Source of the DNA: an uncultured Pelagibacteraceae bacterium
Lineage (GTDB): Bacteria > Pseudomonadota > Alphaproteobacteria > Pelagibacterales > Pelagibacteraceae
Length of the DNA: 64,000 nucleotides
Direction of reading: 5' to 3'
NCBI GenBank assembly: GCA_902580835.1
Contig: CACHMD010000003.1
Span: 2,114-66,113, forward strand
Part shown: piece after piece, positions 25,819-34,947 of the stretch
Layout: every line of letters begins with the position of its first letter
Numbering within the stretch: the stretch's first letter is position 1
Position numbers and translations under genes: made by a program
Notes under the pieces: generated by a model
The model's database searches: none
Told to the model about the DNA's origin: nothing
The model's input: only the letters and a program-made list of their open reading frames with translations

Positions 25819-27177
25819 TTATTTTAATTGATTAAATAATTCTGGTGGTATTCCTTTGTCAGACATACCTTTCAGATTTCCTTTAGACATCTTTCTCATC
25901 ATTTCAGACATCATTTTAAATTGTTTTAACAATTTATTGATAGTGGCTGGATCAGTTCCAGAGCCATTAGCAATTCTTTTTTTTCTAGAACCATCAATTA
26001 TTTTTGGGTTCTCTCTTTCTTTTTTTGTCATCGATAAAATTATAGCCTCGTTCTTAGTGATAACACTCTCGTCAATACCAGCAGAATCCATTTGTGATTT
26101 AACTTTAGAAATACCTGGCATAAAAGACATAATTCCTTCTATTCCACCCATTTTTTTCATCTGTCTTAGTTGAGTTAAATAATCTTGCATTGAAAATTGT
26201 CCCTTTTTTAAATTCTCTTCTGTCTTTTTAATATTTTCTTCACCTAAATCTTGTGCTGCTTTTTCAACTAGAGATACAATATCTCCCATTCCAAGAATTC
26301 GGTTAGCAATCCTATCAGGATGAAACACCTCAAAATTTTCAATTTTTTCTCCTACCCCTAAAAACTTAATTGGAACCTCTGATACAAATTTCATACTTAC
26401 CGCGGCCCCACCTCTGGCATCACCATCAGCTCTTGTTAAAATAATTCCTGATAAACTTACAGTATTTTTAAATTCTTTTGCAACTGATGCTGCTACTTGA
26501 CCTGTTAAAGAATCTGCAACTAAAAAAGTTTCAGCGGGATTGATTATATTTTCAATCTGCTTTATTTCACTCATCATTTGAAGATCTATTTGTGTTCTGC
26601 CAGCTGTATCAAATAAGATAATGTCGGCACCATTTAAATTTGCAGCACTTATTGCTCTTTGACAAATATCTGCTGGTTGTTGACCCTCTATAATTGGTAA
26701 AGTTAAGATATCATTTTGCTCACCTAAAGATTTCAATTGTTCTTGTGCAGCTGGTCTATAAATATCTAAGCTGACCATCATTACCTTCTTTTTCTTTGTA
26801 TTTTCTAAATATCTTGCAAGTTTTGCAGTAGTGGTAGTTTTACCTGAACCTTGTAGACCAACTAACATCATTGGTACGGGAGGAACGGCGTTTAAATTTA
26901 CATCAATGTTTTTTTCACCTAATAAATTAACTAATTCGTCATAAACGATTTTTACAACCATATCACCAGGAGATGTAGATCTGATAATTTCTTGCCCTAA
27001 AGCTTTAGGTTTAACTTTTTCAATAAAATCTTTTGCGACCTCAAGTGATACATCGGCCTCTAGTAAGGCTTGTCTAATAGCTCTAAGGCCTTCATCAACT
27101 TGGCTCTCATCAAGCGAAGGGGCTTTTTTCAGAGAGGAAAAAACTTCCTCAAATTTATTTGTTAAATTTTCAAACAT
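25819..27177 (-). CDS. ffh: Signal recognition particle protein
   Basis: MFENLT start (ATG 27177; the track start 27204 lies in the leader RNA), GLQGSGKTT, DTAGR, RILGMGD, Met-rich M domain. Confidence 0.97.
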   Translation of the reverse strand: MFENLTNKFEEVFSSLKKAPSLDESQVDEGLRAIRQALLEADVSLEVAKDFIEKVKPKALGQEIIRSTSPGDMVVKIVYDELVNLLGEKNIDVNLNAVPPVPMMLVGLQGSGKTTTTAKLARYLENTKKKKVMMVSLDIYRPAAQEQLKSLGEQNDILTLPIIEGQQPADICQRAISAANLNGADIILFDTAGRTQIDLQMMSEIKQIENIINPAETFLVADSLTGQVAASVAKEFKNTVSLSGIILTRADGDARGGAAVSMKFVSEVPIKFLGVGEKIENFEVFHPDRIANRILGMGDIVSLVEKAAQDLGEENIKKTEENLKKGQFSMQDYLTQLRQMKKMGGIEGIMSFMPGISKVKSQMDSAGIDESVITKNEAIILSMTKKERENPKIIDGSRKKRIANGSGTDPATINKLLKQFKMMSEMMRKMSKGNLKGMSDKGIPPELFNQLK

Positions 27178-27190
27178 ATTTATTTCACAC

Positions 27191-27286
27191 AGCAGTAATC
27201 GCACTAGTGGGCGAACCCTCGCTGACTAGTGTCGATCTCTTTGTTTCCAAAGACACCGCAAATTTAACGTTTTTGCGGAAACTGCC
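27191..27286 (-). ncRNA. Structured ffh 5' leader RNA (alphaproteobacterial ffh motif)
   Basis: GC-rich island in AT-rich DNA directly upstream of ffh. Helices: GCAGU/ACUGC closing stem, CCGCAAA/UUUGCGG, UCUUUG-GAAA-CAAAGA, CACUAGU...ACUAGUG. An ffh leader motif has been described in Pelagibacter and other alphaproteobacteria. Confidence 0.8.
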
Positions 27287-27338
27287 ACAAACTATAATAG
27301 AGGTTCAAAAAGTCAATAAATAAGTTAAATAACTATAT

Positions 27339-28163
27339 ATGGATATTAGGGCTTTTAAAATGGATGGATTAGGTAATGATTTTGTAATAATTGATAATAG
27401 ACAAAAGATTACCAATTTGACTAAAGATCAAATCATAAAAATTTGTGATAGAAATTTTATTGGCTGTGATCAATTAATATTTATTGAATCTAGCAAATCA
27501 AGTGATGCAAATTTAAAATTTTTTAATTCTGATGGAGGGGAGTCTGGTGCGTGTGGAAATGGTACTAGATGTGTTGCAAAATTAATCTCCGAGGAGACAA
27601 AATCTGAAAACATTATTTTGTCAACTTCAAATGGAAATTTAGAGTCAAAAATATTAGATAAAAACATTGTTACGACTGAAATTGGTAAAGCTAAATTACA
27701 ATGGAACGAAATTCCTTTATCAGAAAAACTAGATACGAAAAATTTAAATATTAAGATTATTGATTCAAATAACAAAGAACATTCAGGTGGGACGGCAGTT
27801 AATGTTGGGAATCCACATATTGTTTTTTTTGTAAACGAAATTGAAAATTTTGATATTGAAAAAATTGGACCCAAAATTGAAAATCATAAAATTTTTCCAG
27901 AAAAATGTAATGTTACAATTGCTACAATAATTAATAAAAATTTAATTAGAGTGAAGGTATGGGAGAGAGGAGCGGGGCTGACCAAAGCATGTGGAACAGC
28001 TGCATGTGCAACAGCATTTGCTGGTAAATTAAATGATCTTACTGAAAATAAAACAGACATAGAATTTCAAACAGGTAAATTATCAATTCTTATAGATGAT
28101 AAAAATTCAATCCACATGAAAGGACCTGTTTCAGAAATAAAAGAAATTGAGTTCAAACTATAA
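27339..28163 (+). CDS. dapF: Diaminopimelate epimerase
   Basis: KMDGLGNDF, ACGNGTRC, VGNPH, WERGAGLTKACGT. Confidence 0.97.
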   Translation: MDIRAFKMDGLGNDFVIIDNRQKITNLTKDQIIKICDRNFIGCDQLIFIESSKSSDANLKFFNSDGGESGACGNGTRCVAKLISEETKSENIILSTSNGNLESKILDKNIVTTEIGKAKLQWNEIPLSEKLDTKNLNIKIIDSNNKEHSGGTAVNVGNPHIVFFVNEIENFDIEKIGPKIENHKIFPEKCNVTIATIINKNLIRVKVWERGAGLTKACGTAACATAFAGKLNDLTENKTDIEFQTGKLSILIDDKNSIHMKGPVSEIKEIEFKL

Positions 28164-29080
28164 TGGGAATTTTTGATAAATTTAAGATAGGCTTTAAAAA
28201 AAGTGCATCTGCACTGACATCTGGACTAAAAGAAATAATTATAAAAAAAGAGATTGACGATAAAAATTTAAATAAAATTGAAGAATTTTTAATTGAGTCA
28301 GATGTAGGTGTCGAGGCTGCGTCTGAGATCAAGGAAATCATTTCAAGTAAAAAAATCGATCCAAATAAAGATTTATCAACCGAGATAAATCTTATTTTAA
28401 AAGAATATATTATTAATCTAATGAAACCTTTAGAGAATAATTCTTTTTTCGAAAAAAAAGATAAACTCAATGCAACATTAATCTCAGGTGTGAATGGTGT
28501 TGGCAAAACAACAACTATTGGTAAAATAGGTAAAATTTTAAAAACTAATGGAAACAAAGTTATGTTTGCCGCTTCTGATACTTTTCGAGCAGCAGCTATT
28601 GAACAATTAGAAAACTGGGCAAATAAAATTGACGTTAAAATAACTAAATCATCTCAAGGTTCTGATCCAGCATCAGTCGCATATAAAGCAGTTGAAGAAG
28701 CAATCAAAAATAATTTTCACCAAGTATTAATCGATACTGCTGGAAGACTACAAAATAAAAAAAATTTAATGGAGGAATATAAAAAGATAGCCAATGTAAC
28801 AAAAAAAATTGACCAGGATGCCCCTCACAACATTATTTTAGTTTTAGACGCAACATCGGGACAGAATGTAATTAATCAAGTAGAAGAATTTAACAAAATT
28901 ATTCCATTAACTGGCTTAATCATGACCAAATTAGATGGAACTGCCAAAGGCGGTATTCTACTGGCGATAGCAAAAAAATATCAATTACCTATTATTGCTT
29001 TAGGCTTGGGCGAAAAAGAAGACGATTTACAATTATTTAATGCAGAAAAATTTGCTGAGGCTTTTACGCGGGTTAATTGA
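28163..29080 (+). CDS. ftsY: SRP receptor FtsY (NG domain only)
   Basis: GVNGVGKTTTIGK, DTFRAAA, DTAGRLQN, TKLDGTAKGG. Confidence 0.97.
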   Translation: MGIFDKFKIGFKKSASALTSGLKEIIIKKEIDDKNLNKIEEFLIESDVGVEAASEIKEIISSKKIDPNKDLSTEINLILKEYIINLMKPLENNSFFEKKDKLNATLISGVNGVGKTTTIGKIGKILKTNGNKVMFAASDTFRAAAIEQLENWANKIDVKITKSSQGSDPASVAYKAVEEAIKNNFHQVLIDTAGRLQNKKNLMEEYKKIANVTKKIDQDAPHNIILVLDATSGQNVINQVEEFNKIIPLTGLIMTKLDGTAKGGILLAIAKKYQLPIIALGLGEKEDDLQLFNAEKFAEAFTRVN

Positions 29081-29636
29081 TTAAATTACTCGAGATTAAA
29101 GGTTTATAAATACTACACTTATAATTATCTTTAAATTTATAATGCCCACAATCCTTAGAAAAAGACGAAATAATAAAATCAAATTTTCCTGTAGTGGGGT
29201 AAAGTTCAAGTTTCTTATTAAAAATATCATACTTAAAGTTTGCGTTTAAACTTTTAACTGCACTAATCATCACCAGTGTTTTATCATCTTTTAAAAGGTA
29301 ATAAGCAAAGTCGTCTGGAAATACAGGAAAGTCATATTCCTCTAAATGAAACTTGGCTTGAGAGGGAAACCAATCATAAGAGATCAATGGTGAAGATGAC
29401 TTTGTTGAGTAATTATAGATATAAAGATCTTTTGGATAATCATTTATATAATTACTTTCTTCACCTCTAGCTAAAATCGATTTCTCTCGCCCCTTAAAAT
29501 ATAGCGCAAATTTTTTGTTGTGAGAGTCCATATGATCTATGTGAAATAAATCGTCAGGATAAAATGAATTATCTTTCGAAAAAGCAAAGCTTTTTAAAGT
29601 TATGAATAAAATTATAATAATAAAAACATTTTTCAC
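29073..29636 (-). CDS. Hypothetical exported protein
   Basis: 187 aa ORF with N-terminal signal peptide (..KSFAFS); fills the gap with no competing long ORF; no family recognised. Confidence 0.65.
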   Translation of the reverse strand: MKNVFIIIILFITLKSFAFSKDNSFYPDDLFHIDHMDSHNKKFALYFKGREKSILARGEESNYINDYPKDLYIYNYSTKSSSPLISYDWFPSQAKFHLEEYDFPVFPDDFAYYLLKDDKTLVMISAVKSLNANFKYDIFNKKLELYPTTGKFDFIISSFSKDCGHYKFKDNYKCSIYKPLISSNLIN

Positions 29637-29685
29637 TTTTTAAACTTAATCTTAAATTTTGAAAAATATTTGTTTAGAATATGGC

Positions 29686-30504
29686 TTAATTTAAATTAAT
29701 CAAAAAAGAGTTTAGTGCTTTTACAAGACTCTTGTCATACTCCATCATATGATTGTCATATTTGGTAAAATACGAATATTTGGGTTCATTAGCTATCTCA
29801 AACATCTTTTTACCCATCTCAAAAGGAACAATTTGATCTTTTTCACCATGCATTATCAAAATTGGAGATTTAATATTTTTAATTTTGTTTTTATTTTCAA
29901 ATTTATCTTTGAGTAAAAGACCAACGGGTATATATGGATAAAATTTTTTAGCCGCATCAATCATTGATGTGAATGGAGTTTCTAAAATAACACCTGCAAA
30001 CTCTTTGTTCTGGGATAAATGTGTTGCAACTCCTGTTCCTAATGATTCTCCATAAATTACTATATTTTTTTCATCTACACCTTTTTTTACCAACCATTTA
30101 ATTGCACTTTCACCATCCTCATATAATCCAGACTCTGATGGTTTACCCTCGTTACCACTAAAACCTCTCCAAGCAATTATTAAAAAATTAACACTCATGT
30201 CTCTAAAATGATTTAATTTATGAATTCTATTTTCTAAAGATCCAGCATTTCCATGAAAAAATAGAATTGTTTTATTTTTTTTTATATCTTTTTCATGATA
30301 CCAACCCAATAAATCTAATCCATCTTGGGTTGGGACTTTTACTTTTTCAATATAAACTGAGTGTTTATCATCAAAATAATTATTTTCATCAGGATGATAC
30401 ATTAAGTTCCTTTGATAAAAATAAAGAAATACTAAGAGAAATAGGTAAACTAAAATTGTTAGTTGTAAAAATAATAACAAACTATTCCTAAACCTTTTTA
30501 ACAT
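29686..30504 (-). CDS. Membrane-anchored alpha/beta hydrolase (BEM46/ABHD13-like)
   Basis: N-terminal TM helix, FFHGNAG, YGESLG, HGEKDQIVP. Confidence 0.88.
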   Translation of the reverse strand: MLKRFRNSLLLFLQLTILVYLFLLVFLYFYQRNLMYHPDENNYFDDKHSVYIEKVKVPTQDGLDLLGWYHEKDIKKNKTILFFHGNAGSLENRIHKLNHFRDMSVNFLIIAWRGFSGNEGKPSESGLYEDGESAIKWLVKKGVDEKNIVIYGESLGTGVATHLSQNKEFAGVILETPFTSMIDAAKKFYPYIPVGLLLKDKFENKNKIKNIKSPILIMHGEKDQIVPFEMGKKMFEIANEPKYSYFTKYDNHMMEYDKSLVKALNSFLINLN

Positions 30505-31393
30505 TATTTTTCTTTGCTAAATATACGCCAAAAAATACCAGAATAGTCCCAATAATATGGTAATTTTCAAATTTTTCGTCAAATAAAAAGTATCCATAAA
30601 TTGCACCGTAAACTGTAAAAACATAAAGTGTAAAGCCAGTTAAAGATGCACCTAATTTTTTTTGGGCTATAGTATAAAGTGTAAAGGCAATTATCCCTGG
30701 CGATATAGCAGCAAAAATCACCCATAAATAAAATTCTGTTACAAAAATAGTCTCTTTATAAAATAATTCCTCACCAACATAAAAGGGTAGCAAACTTAAA
30801 ACACCAAAAAAGGAAATCATAGTAAATCTATCGAAAATTTTTAATTTTGATTTCCAATAAAATAAATAAATAGAATATAAAGCCCAACCAACTGCAGCAG
30901 CTAACATCCATAAATCACCAATTGTAAATCTAAGATTAATTAATAAATCAATATCACCTTTGATAATAATGACAAAAACACCAATCAAACAAGCAATTAA
31001 ACCAATTACCTTTGTCAAATTTATTTTTTCTTGAAAAAAGAAATATGAAATCAAAATAATAAAAACTGGAGAGGATGTGTAAATTATCCCCATATTAGTT
31101 ACAGTTGTTGTCTCACCAGCTAAAAAAGGGAAAGCGCCACATACACCACATCCCATTGATCCTAAAAAAAATAATTTTTTATATTCCTTTTTAATTATAT
31201 GAAAATTATTTTTTAAAGTTACATAAGTGAATGGTAATAAAATCAAAAAAACTACTGTCCAACGCCAAAATGCAAGTGAAATAGGCGGAACAAATTCAAC
31301 ACCACCTCTAGCAACAACTAAGTTACTAGCCATAAAGATTGGTTGTATAAATAGTAATGATAATGGAAATATATCTGTCTTAATATTTTTCAA
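30488..31393 (-). CDS. DMT/EamA family transporter
   Basis: About 10 hydrophobic helices, PPISLAFWRW, GDLWML..WALYS duplicated EamA pattern. Confidence 0.88.
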   Translation of the reverse strand: MKNIKTDIFPLSLLFIQPIFMASNLVVARGGVEFVPPISLAFWRWTVVFLILLPFTYVTLKNNFHIIKKEYKKLFFLGSMGCGVCGAFPFLAGETTTVTNMGIIYTSSPVFIILISYFFFQEKINLTKVIGLIACLIGVFVIIIKGDIDLLINLRFTIGDLWMLAAAVGWALYSIYLFYWKSKLKIFDRFTMISFFGVLSLLPFYVGEELFYKETIFVTEFYLWVIFAAISPGIIAFTLYTIAQKKLGASLTGFTLYVFTVYGAIYGYFLFDEKFENYHIIGTILVFFGVYLAKKNNVKKV

Positions 31394-31404
31394 TTTAATT
31401 GATA

Positions 31405-31581
31405 TTAATCTTTATCAAAAAAGGCTTCGTATATCATCATGATGATAGCTGCACCCATTAAAAGATAAACTGGAATAACATCCAAGAAGCCTATCATCAT
31501 TGATCTCGTTAAAGTTGTTGCTAAACCAATTAAAAAGAAAACTGCAAAAGATAATCCTATGATTGTAGTAATTTTATTCAT
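31405..31581 (-). CDS. Small 2-TM membrane protein (58 aa, missed by the ORF track)
   Basis: Manual read: MNKITTIIGLSFAVFFLIGLATTLTRSMMIGFLDVIPVYLLMGAAIIMMIYEAFFDKD*. ATG 1 nt after the amidase stop; fills the gap to the DMT gene. Confidence 0.78.
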   Translation of the reverse strand: MNKITTIIGLSFAVFFLIGLATTLTRSMMIGFLDVIPVYLLMGAAIIMMIYEAFFDKD

Positions 31582-31582
31582 T

Positions 31583-32911
31583 TCATTCCTGACATTCTTT
31601 TTCTAACCAATTGGCAATCCCTAGAAATCTATGATCATCATATTTATTGCCAATTAATTGAACCCCTAATGGTAAATTATTTTCACCTTCAAGTAAAGGT
31701 AACGAAATACATGGTGTGCCAAGATAAGACCAAACTTTATTAAATTCTGCTGTTCCTGTACTTTTTAAACCCTTTGGTGCAACACCTGGACTAGCTGGTG
31801 ACAAAACTCCGTGATAATCCTCAAAAACTTCCTCGTAAGACTCATAGCTTCTTTTCATAAAATCAATTGCTTCCGCGTATTCTTTCGCCGAATGTTTATT
31901 GCCTTTTGTAATTGCATCTTGCATATACTTCGATAATTTCTTTTTAAATTTTTTAAAATAAACTGAAAAATTATTGGCTAAATCAGTCTCATGAATAATT
32001 TGGTGGTACTTGTGAATATCCTTAAAATAAGAGGGTGTATCAAAGATCTCAATATTTTTTTTAAATGAATTAATGAAATATTCAAATGATTCTCTAGATT
32101 TTTTATCTATTAATTTCCAATGTTCAGTTTTATAAAAAATAAATTTAGGATCAAATAAAGGTCCTTTTTTTGTTTCAGATAAAATATTTTCTGTTGAGTA
32201 ATGTATAGTTGCTGGATCAAATTTATCTTTTTTAATCAATACTTTTGCTAACATGGCTACATCTTCAACTTTTCGGCCAAAAATTCCTATATGATCAAGA
32301 CTGTAAGAAGTTCTTAAAACACCATTTCTAGATATCAAACCATAACTAGGTTTATAACCCACAACTCCACAATAGGATGCTGGTCTAATAATGGATCCTC
32401 CGGTTTGTGATCCAATTGATGCTGGTGCCATAAAAGAAGCTACAGAAGCAGCAGATCCGCTTGAAGAACCACCTGGTGTTCTTGTTTTATCATGTGGATT
32501 TGTGGTTGCCGGAGGTCCTAAATAAGCAAGTTCTGAAGTTGCTGTTTTGCCCATTACAATCGCTCCGGATGCATGAAGCAGATCAATTATTTCAGCATTT
32601 TGTGAATATGATTTACCTTTTCTAATAACTGTTCCACATTCGGTTGGCATATCAACTGTCCCAATAATGTCTTTAACCGCAATAGGCACTCCATGAAGTG
32701 GACCAATTGGTTTACCAGATCTTCTATGATCGTCGGCTTCTGCAGCTTTTTCTAATAAAACTTTTTTATCAAAATGAGCCCAAGCCTTTATATCTTTGTC
32801 AAATTTATTGATTCTCTCGATATACTTTTCACAAACATCAACAGAGGTGAGTTGGGCATCTTTAATCTTTGTGGCAAGTTCCTCAAGACTTAAAGAAAAT
32901 ATATCTGTCAT
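31583..32911 (-). CDS. Amidase signature family protein
   Basis: PLHGVPIAVKD, TPGGSSSGSAA, GSQTGGSIIRPASYCG (Ser-cisSer-Lys triad); no gatC/gatB neighbours. Confidence 0.88.
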   Translation of the reverse strand: MTDIFSLSLEELATKIKDAQLTSVDVCEKYIERINKFDKDIKAWAHFDKKVLLEKAAEADDHRRSGKPIGPLHGVPIAVKDIIGTVDMPTECGTVIRKGKSYSQNAEIIDLLHASGAIVMGKTATSELAYLGPPATTNPHDKTRTPGGSSSGSAASVASFMAPASIGSQTGGSIIRPASYCGVVGYKPSYGLISRNGVLRTSYSLDHIGIFGRKVEDVAMLAKVLIKKDKFDPATIHYSTENILSETKKGPLFDPKFIFYKTEHWKLIDKKSRESFEYFINSFKKNIEIFDTPSYFKDIHKYHQIIHETDLANNFSVYFKKFKKKLSKYMQDAITKGNKHSAKEYAEAIDFMKRSYESYEEVFEDYHGVLSPASPGVAPKGLKSTGTAEFNKVWSYLGTPCISLPLLEGENNLPLGVQLIGNKYDDHRFLGIANWLEKECQE

Positions 32912-32917
32912 TTAAAA

Positions 32918-34279
32918 TTAATTTGCAAATAATGTCTCTGGTAACCAAAGTGCTATACCTGGAAATAAATACATTAAAACCATAGCCAAAATCACAATAC
33001 CTAAAAATGGCATAATTCCTCCAAAGATCTGCATCAATTCAACATTCTTTGATTGAACTCCCTTTAGATAGTAAGCAGACATTGCCATGGGGGGTGTCAA
33101 AAATGAGGTTTGTAAATTTAGAGCAATCAACATTGCAAAGAAATATGGATTTACTCCAAAAAATTCGACTAATGGTAAAAATATTGGTACAAAAATAATT
33201 AATATCTCCGTCCACTCCAATGGCCAACCTAATAAAAATATAATCAATTGTGTAATTACTAAAAATTGCCAAGGCTGTAAATTTAGAGATTTAAAGAAAT
33301 GTTCGAAAACCTCGTGGCCTCCAAGATAAGAAAATACAGAAGCAAATGTCCACGATCCTATGAAAAGCCACATGATCATTGCAGTTGTTTTAGCTGTCAA
33401 AAAGACAGACTCTTTAAAATTTTTCCACTTAAGGGTTTTATAAAAATATGAAAGCACCAACGATCCAAATGCACCGACGGCTGCAGCTTCAGCAGGTGTT
33501 GCTATTCCAGCTAAAATTGTACCTAGAACTAAAATTATCAATGAAAATAAAGGTAAGAAGGAGACAAGAACTTCTTTAAGAATTACTGCAGTAGGAGGTA
33601 TTTCCTCAGCTGCAGGTTTTGGCGCTATTGATGGATTTAACCAAGCTCTGAACACTGCGTATGCAATGTAAAGTCCCGCTAACATAAGTCCTGGAAAAAT
33701 AGCGGCTGCAAATAATCTAAGTGGTGATAGTTGAGCAATTACAGAGTAAACGATCAACATAATACTAGGTGGAATTAAAATTCCTAAACACCCACCCGAA
33801 CAAATTATTCCAGATGCAAATTTTTTATCATAACCAGCTTTAATCATAGCAGGCCATGCCAGTAGTCCCATTAAAGTAACAACTGCACCTATAATACCTG
33901 TTGCTGTTGAAAATAGGGCACAAGTAATCAGTGCTGCAACTGCCATTGATGCAGGAAGCTTATGAGATGCTAATCTAATTGCAAAAAATAGTTTTGCTAC
34001 AATACCTGCTCTTTCAACTAAATATCCCATAAATAAAAAGAGCGGGACAGCAGTAAGGACGTTATTATCCATAACAGTGTAGGTATTTTGAACAAAAAGT
34101 TGGAATATCCTATTATCAAAAAGATGTTCCATCTTAGTTGGATCAAAGTAAGCATAATATCCAAAACCTAGCCCCATCGCCATTAAAGTAAAGGCAATCG
34201 GAAAACCTAATAGCACGGCAAATAAAAATATACCCATCATCATAATTGCCACTTCAGGATTTGTCAGACTAAATAACAT
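32918..34279 (-). CDS. dctM: TRAP transporter large permease
   Basis: GFPIAF, AVPLFLFMG, LGILIPPSI, NLQTSFLTPP. Confidence 0.93.
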   Translation of the reverse strand: MLFSLTNPEVAIMMMGIFLFAVLLGFPIAFTLMAMGLGFGYYAYFDPTKMEHLFDNRIFQLFVQNTYTVMDNNVLTAVPLFLFMGYLVERAGIVAKLFFAIRLASHKLPASMAVAALITCALFSTATGIIGAVVTLMGLLAWPAMIKAGYDKKFASGIICSGGCLGILIPPSIMLIVYSVIAQLSPLRLFAAAIFPGLMLAGLYIAYAVFRAWLNPSIAPKPAAEEIPPTAVILKEVLVSFLPLFSLIILVLGTILAGIATPAEAAAVGAFGSLVLSYFYKTLKWKNFKESVFLTAKTTAMIMWLFIGSWTFASVFSYLGGHEVFEHFFKSLNLQPWQFLVITQLIIFLLGWPLEWTEILIIFVPIFLPLVEFFGVNPYFFAMLIALNLQTSFLTPPMAMSAYYLKGVQSKNVELMQIFGGIMPFLGIVILAMVLMYLFPGIALWLPETLFAN

Positions 34280-34862
34280 CTTCTTTATTTCCTTCTTGTG
34301 AAGTTCTCATTAATACTTTTTCAGTTTCTTCAGCATCACGCTCTGTTCCTCTTTCTGGCCAATTGCCAGTTTTTATACATATAATGCATCTGAACACTTC
34401 ACCTATTCCCTGAAGAGTTAACAGGCTACCAGATAAAGGTATTAAAGATTTCGCCATATAAATTTGAATTTGAGCTGGACTATTCCAGCTTGTTTCTTTT
34501 ATTTTCCAAGCTAGGGCAGCATACTCATAACCATAAAAAGCTAATGCAATTACGCCTGGGAAAAAGAAAATAAAATATAAAACTATATCTATCCAAGCTT
34601 GTACTCTTTGAGAAAATAATCTGTAAATAACGTCTCCTCTTACATGTGCCTCGGTACACAAAGTATATGCACCAGCCATCATAAAAATTGCACCATACAT
34701 TTGGAGACTAAAATCAAAATTCCATAAAGTTGGTGCATTTAAAGCATATGCCATAAAAACTTCATAGCACGTTCCACCCATTAAAATTACAATACACCAG
34801 GAAAATGCTTTACCCATTGAGACGCTTAATCGGTCGGCAAATTTTATATAAGATCTCATCAT
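34269..34862 (-). CDS. dctQ: TRAP transporter small permease
   Basis: Four TM helices, AYTL...HVRGD motif; lies between the SBP and dctM. Confidence 0.92.
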   Translation of the reverse strand: MMRSYIKFADRLSVSMGKAFSWCIVILMGGTCYEVFMAYALNAPTLWNFDFSLQMYGAIFMMAGAYTLCTEAHVRGDVIYRLFSQRVQAWIDIVLYFIFFFPGVIALAFYGYEYAALAWKIKETSWNSPAQIQIYMAKSLIPLSGSLLTLQGIGEVFRCIICIKTGNWPERGTERDAEETEKVLMRTSQEGNKEDVI

Positions 34863-34899
34863 AGATATAGACTCTTATTGAATTGTTTTGAATTAATCA

Positions 34900-34924
34900 A
34901 ATAAAAAGGGGGCCGAGGCCCCCT
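34900..34924 (-). terminator. Intrinsic terminator/stabilising hairpin after the TRAP SBP gene
   Basis: Minus strand AGGGGGC-CUCG-GCCCCCU followed by UUUUAUUU, about 25 nt downstream of the dctP stop. Confidence 0.85.
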
Positions 34925-34947
34925 CATTAAAATTTATGAAAAGTTAA

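Noticed and set aside
27191-27286. SRP 4.5S RNA (ffs) or tRNA next to ffh
   Set aside because: I could not find the SRP helix-8 internal loop with its tetraloop, nor a cloverleaf with a T-loop; position and structure fit a cis leader.
31583-32911. Glu-tRNA amidotransferase subunit gatA
   Set aside because: No gatC/gatB nearby, lacks the GatA SDTGGS and RYDG-type segments, and sits in a transporter operon.
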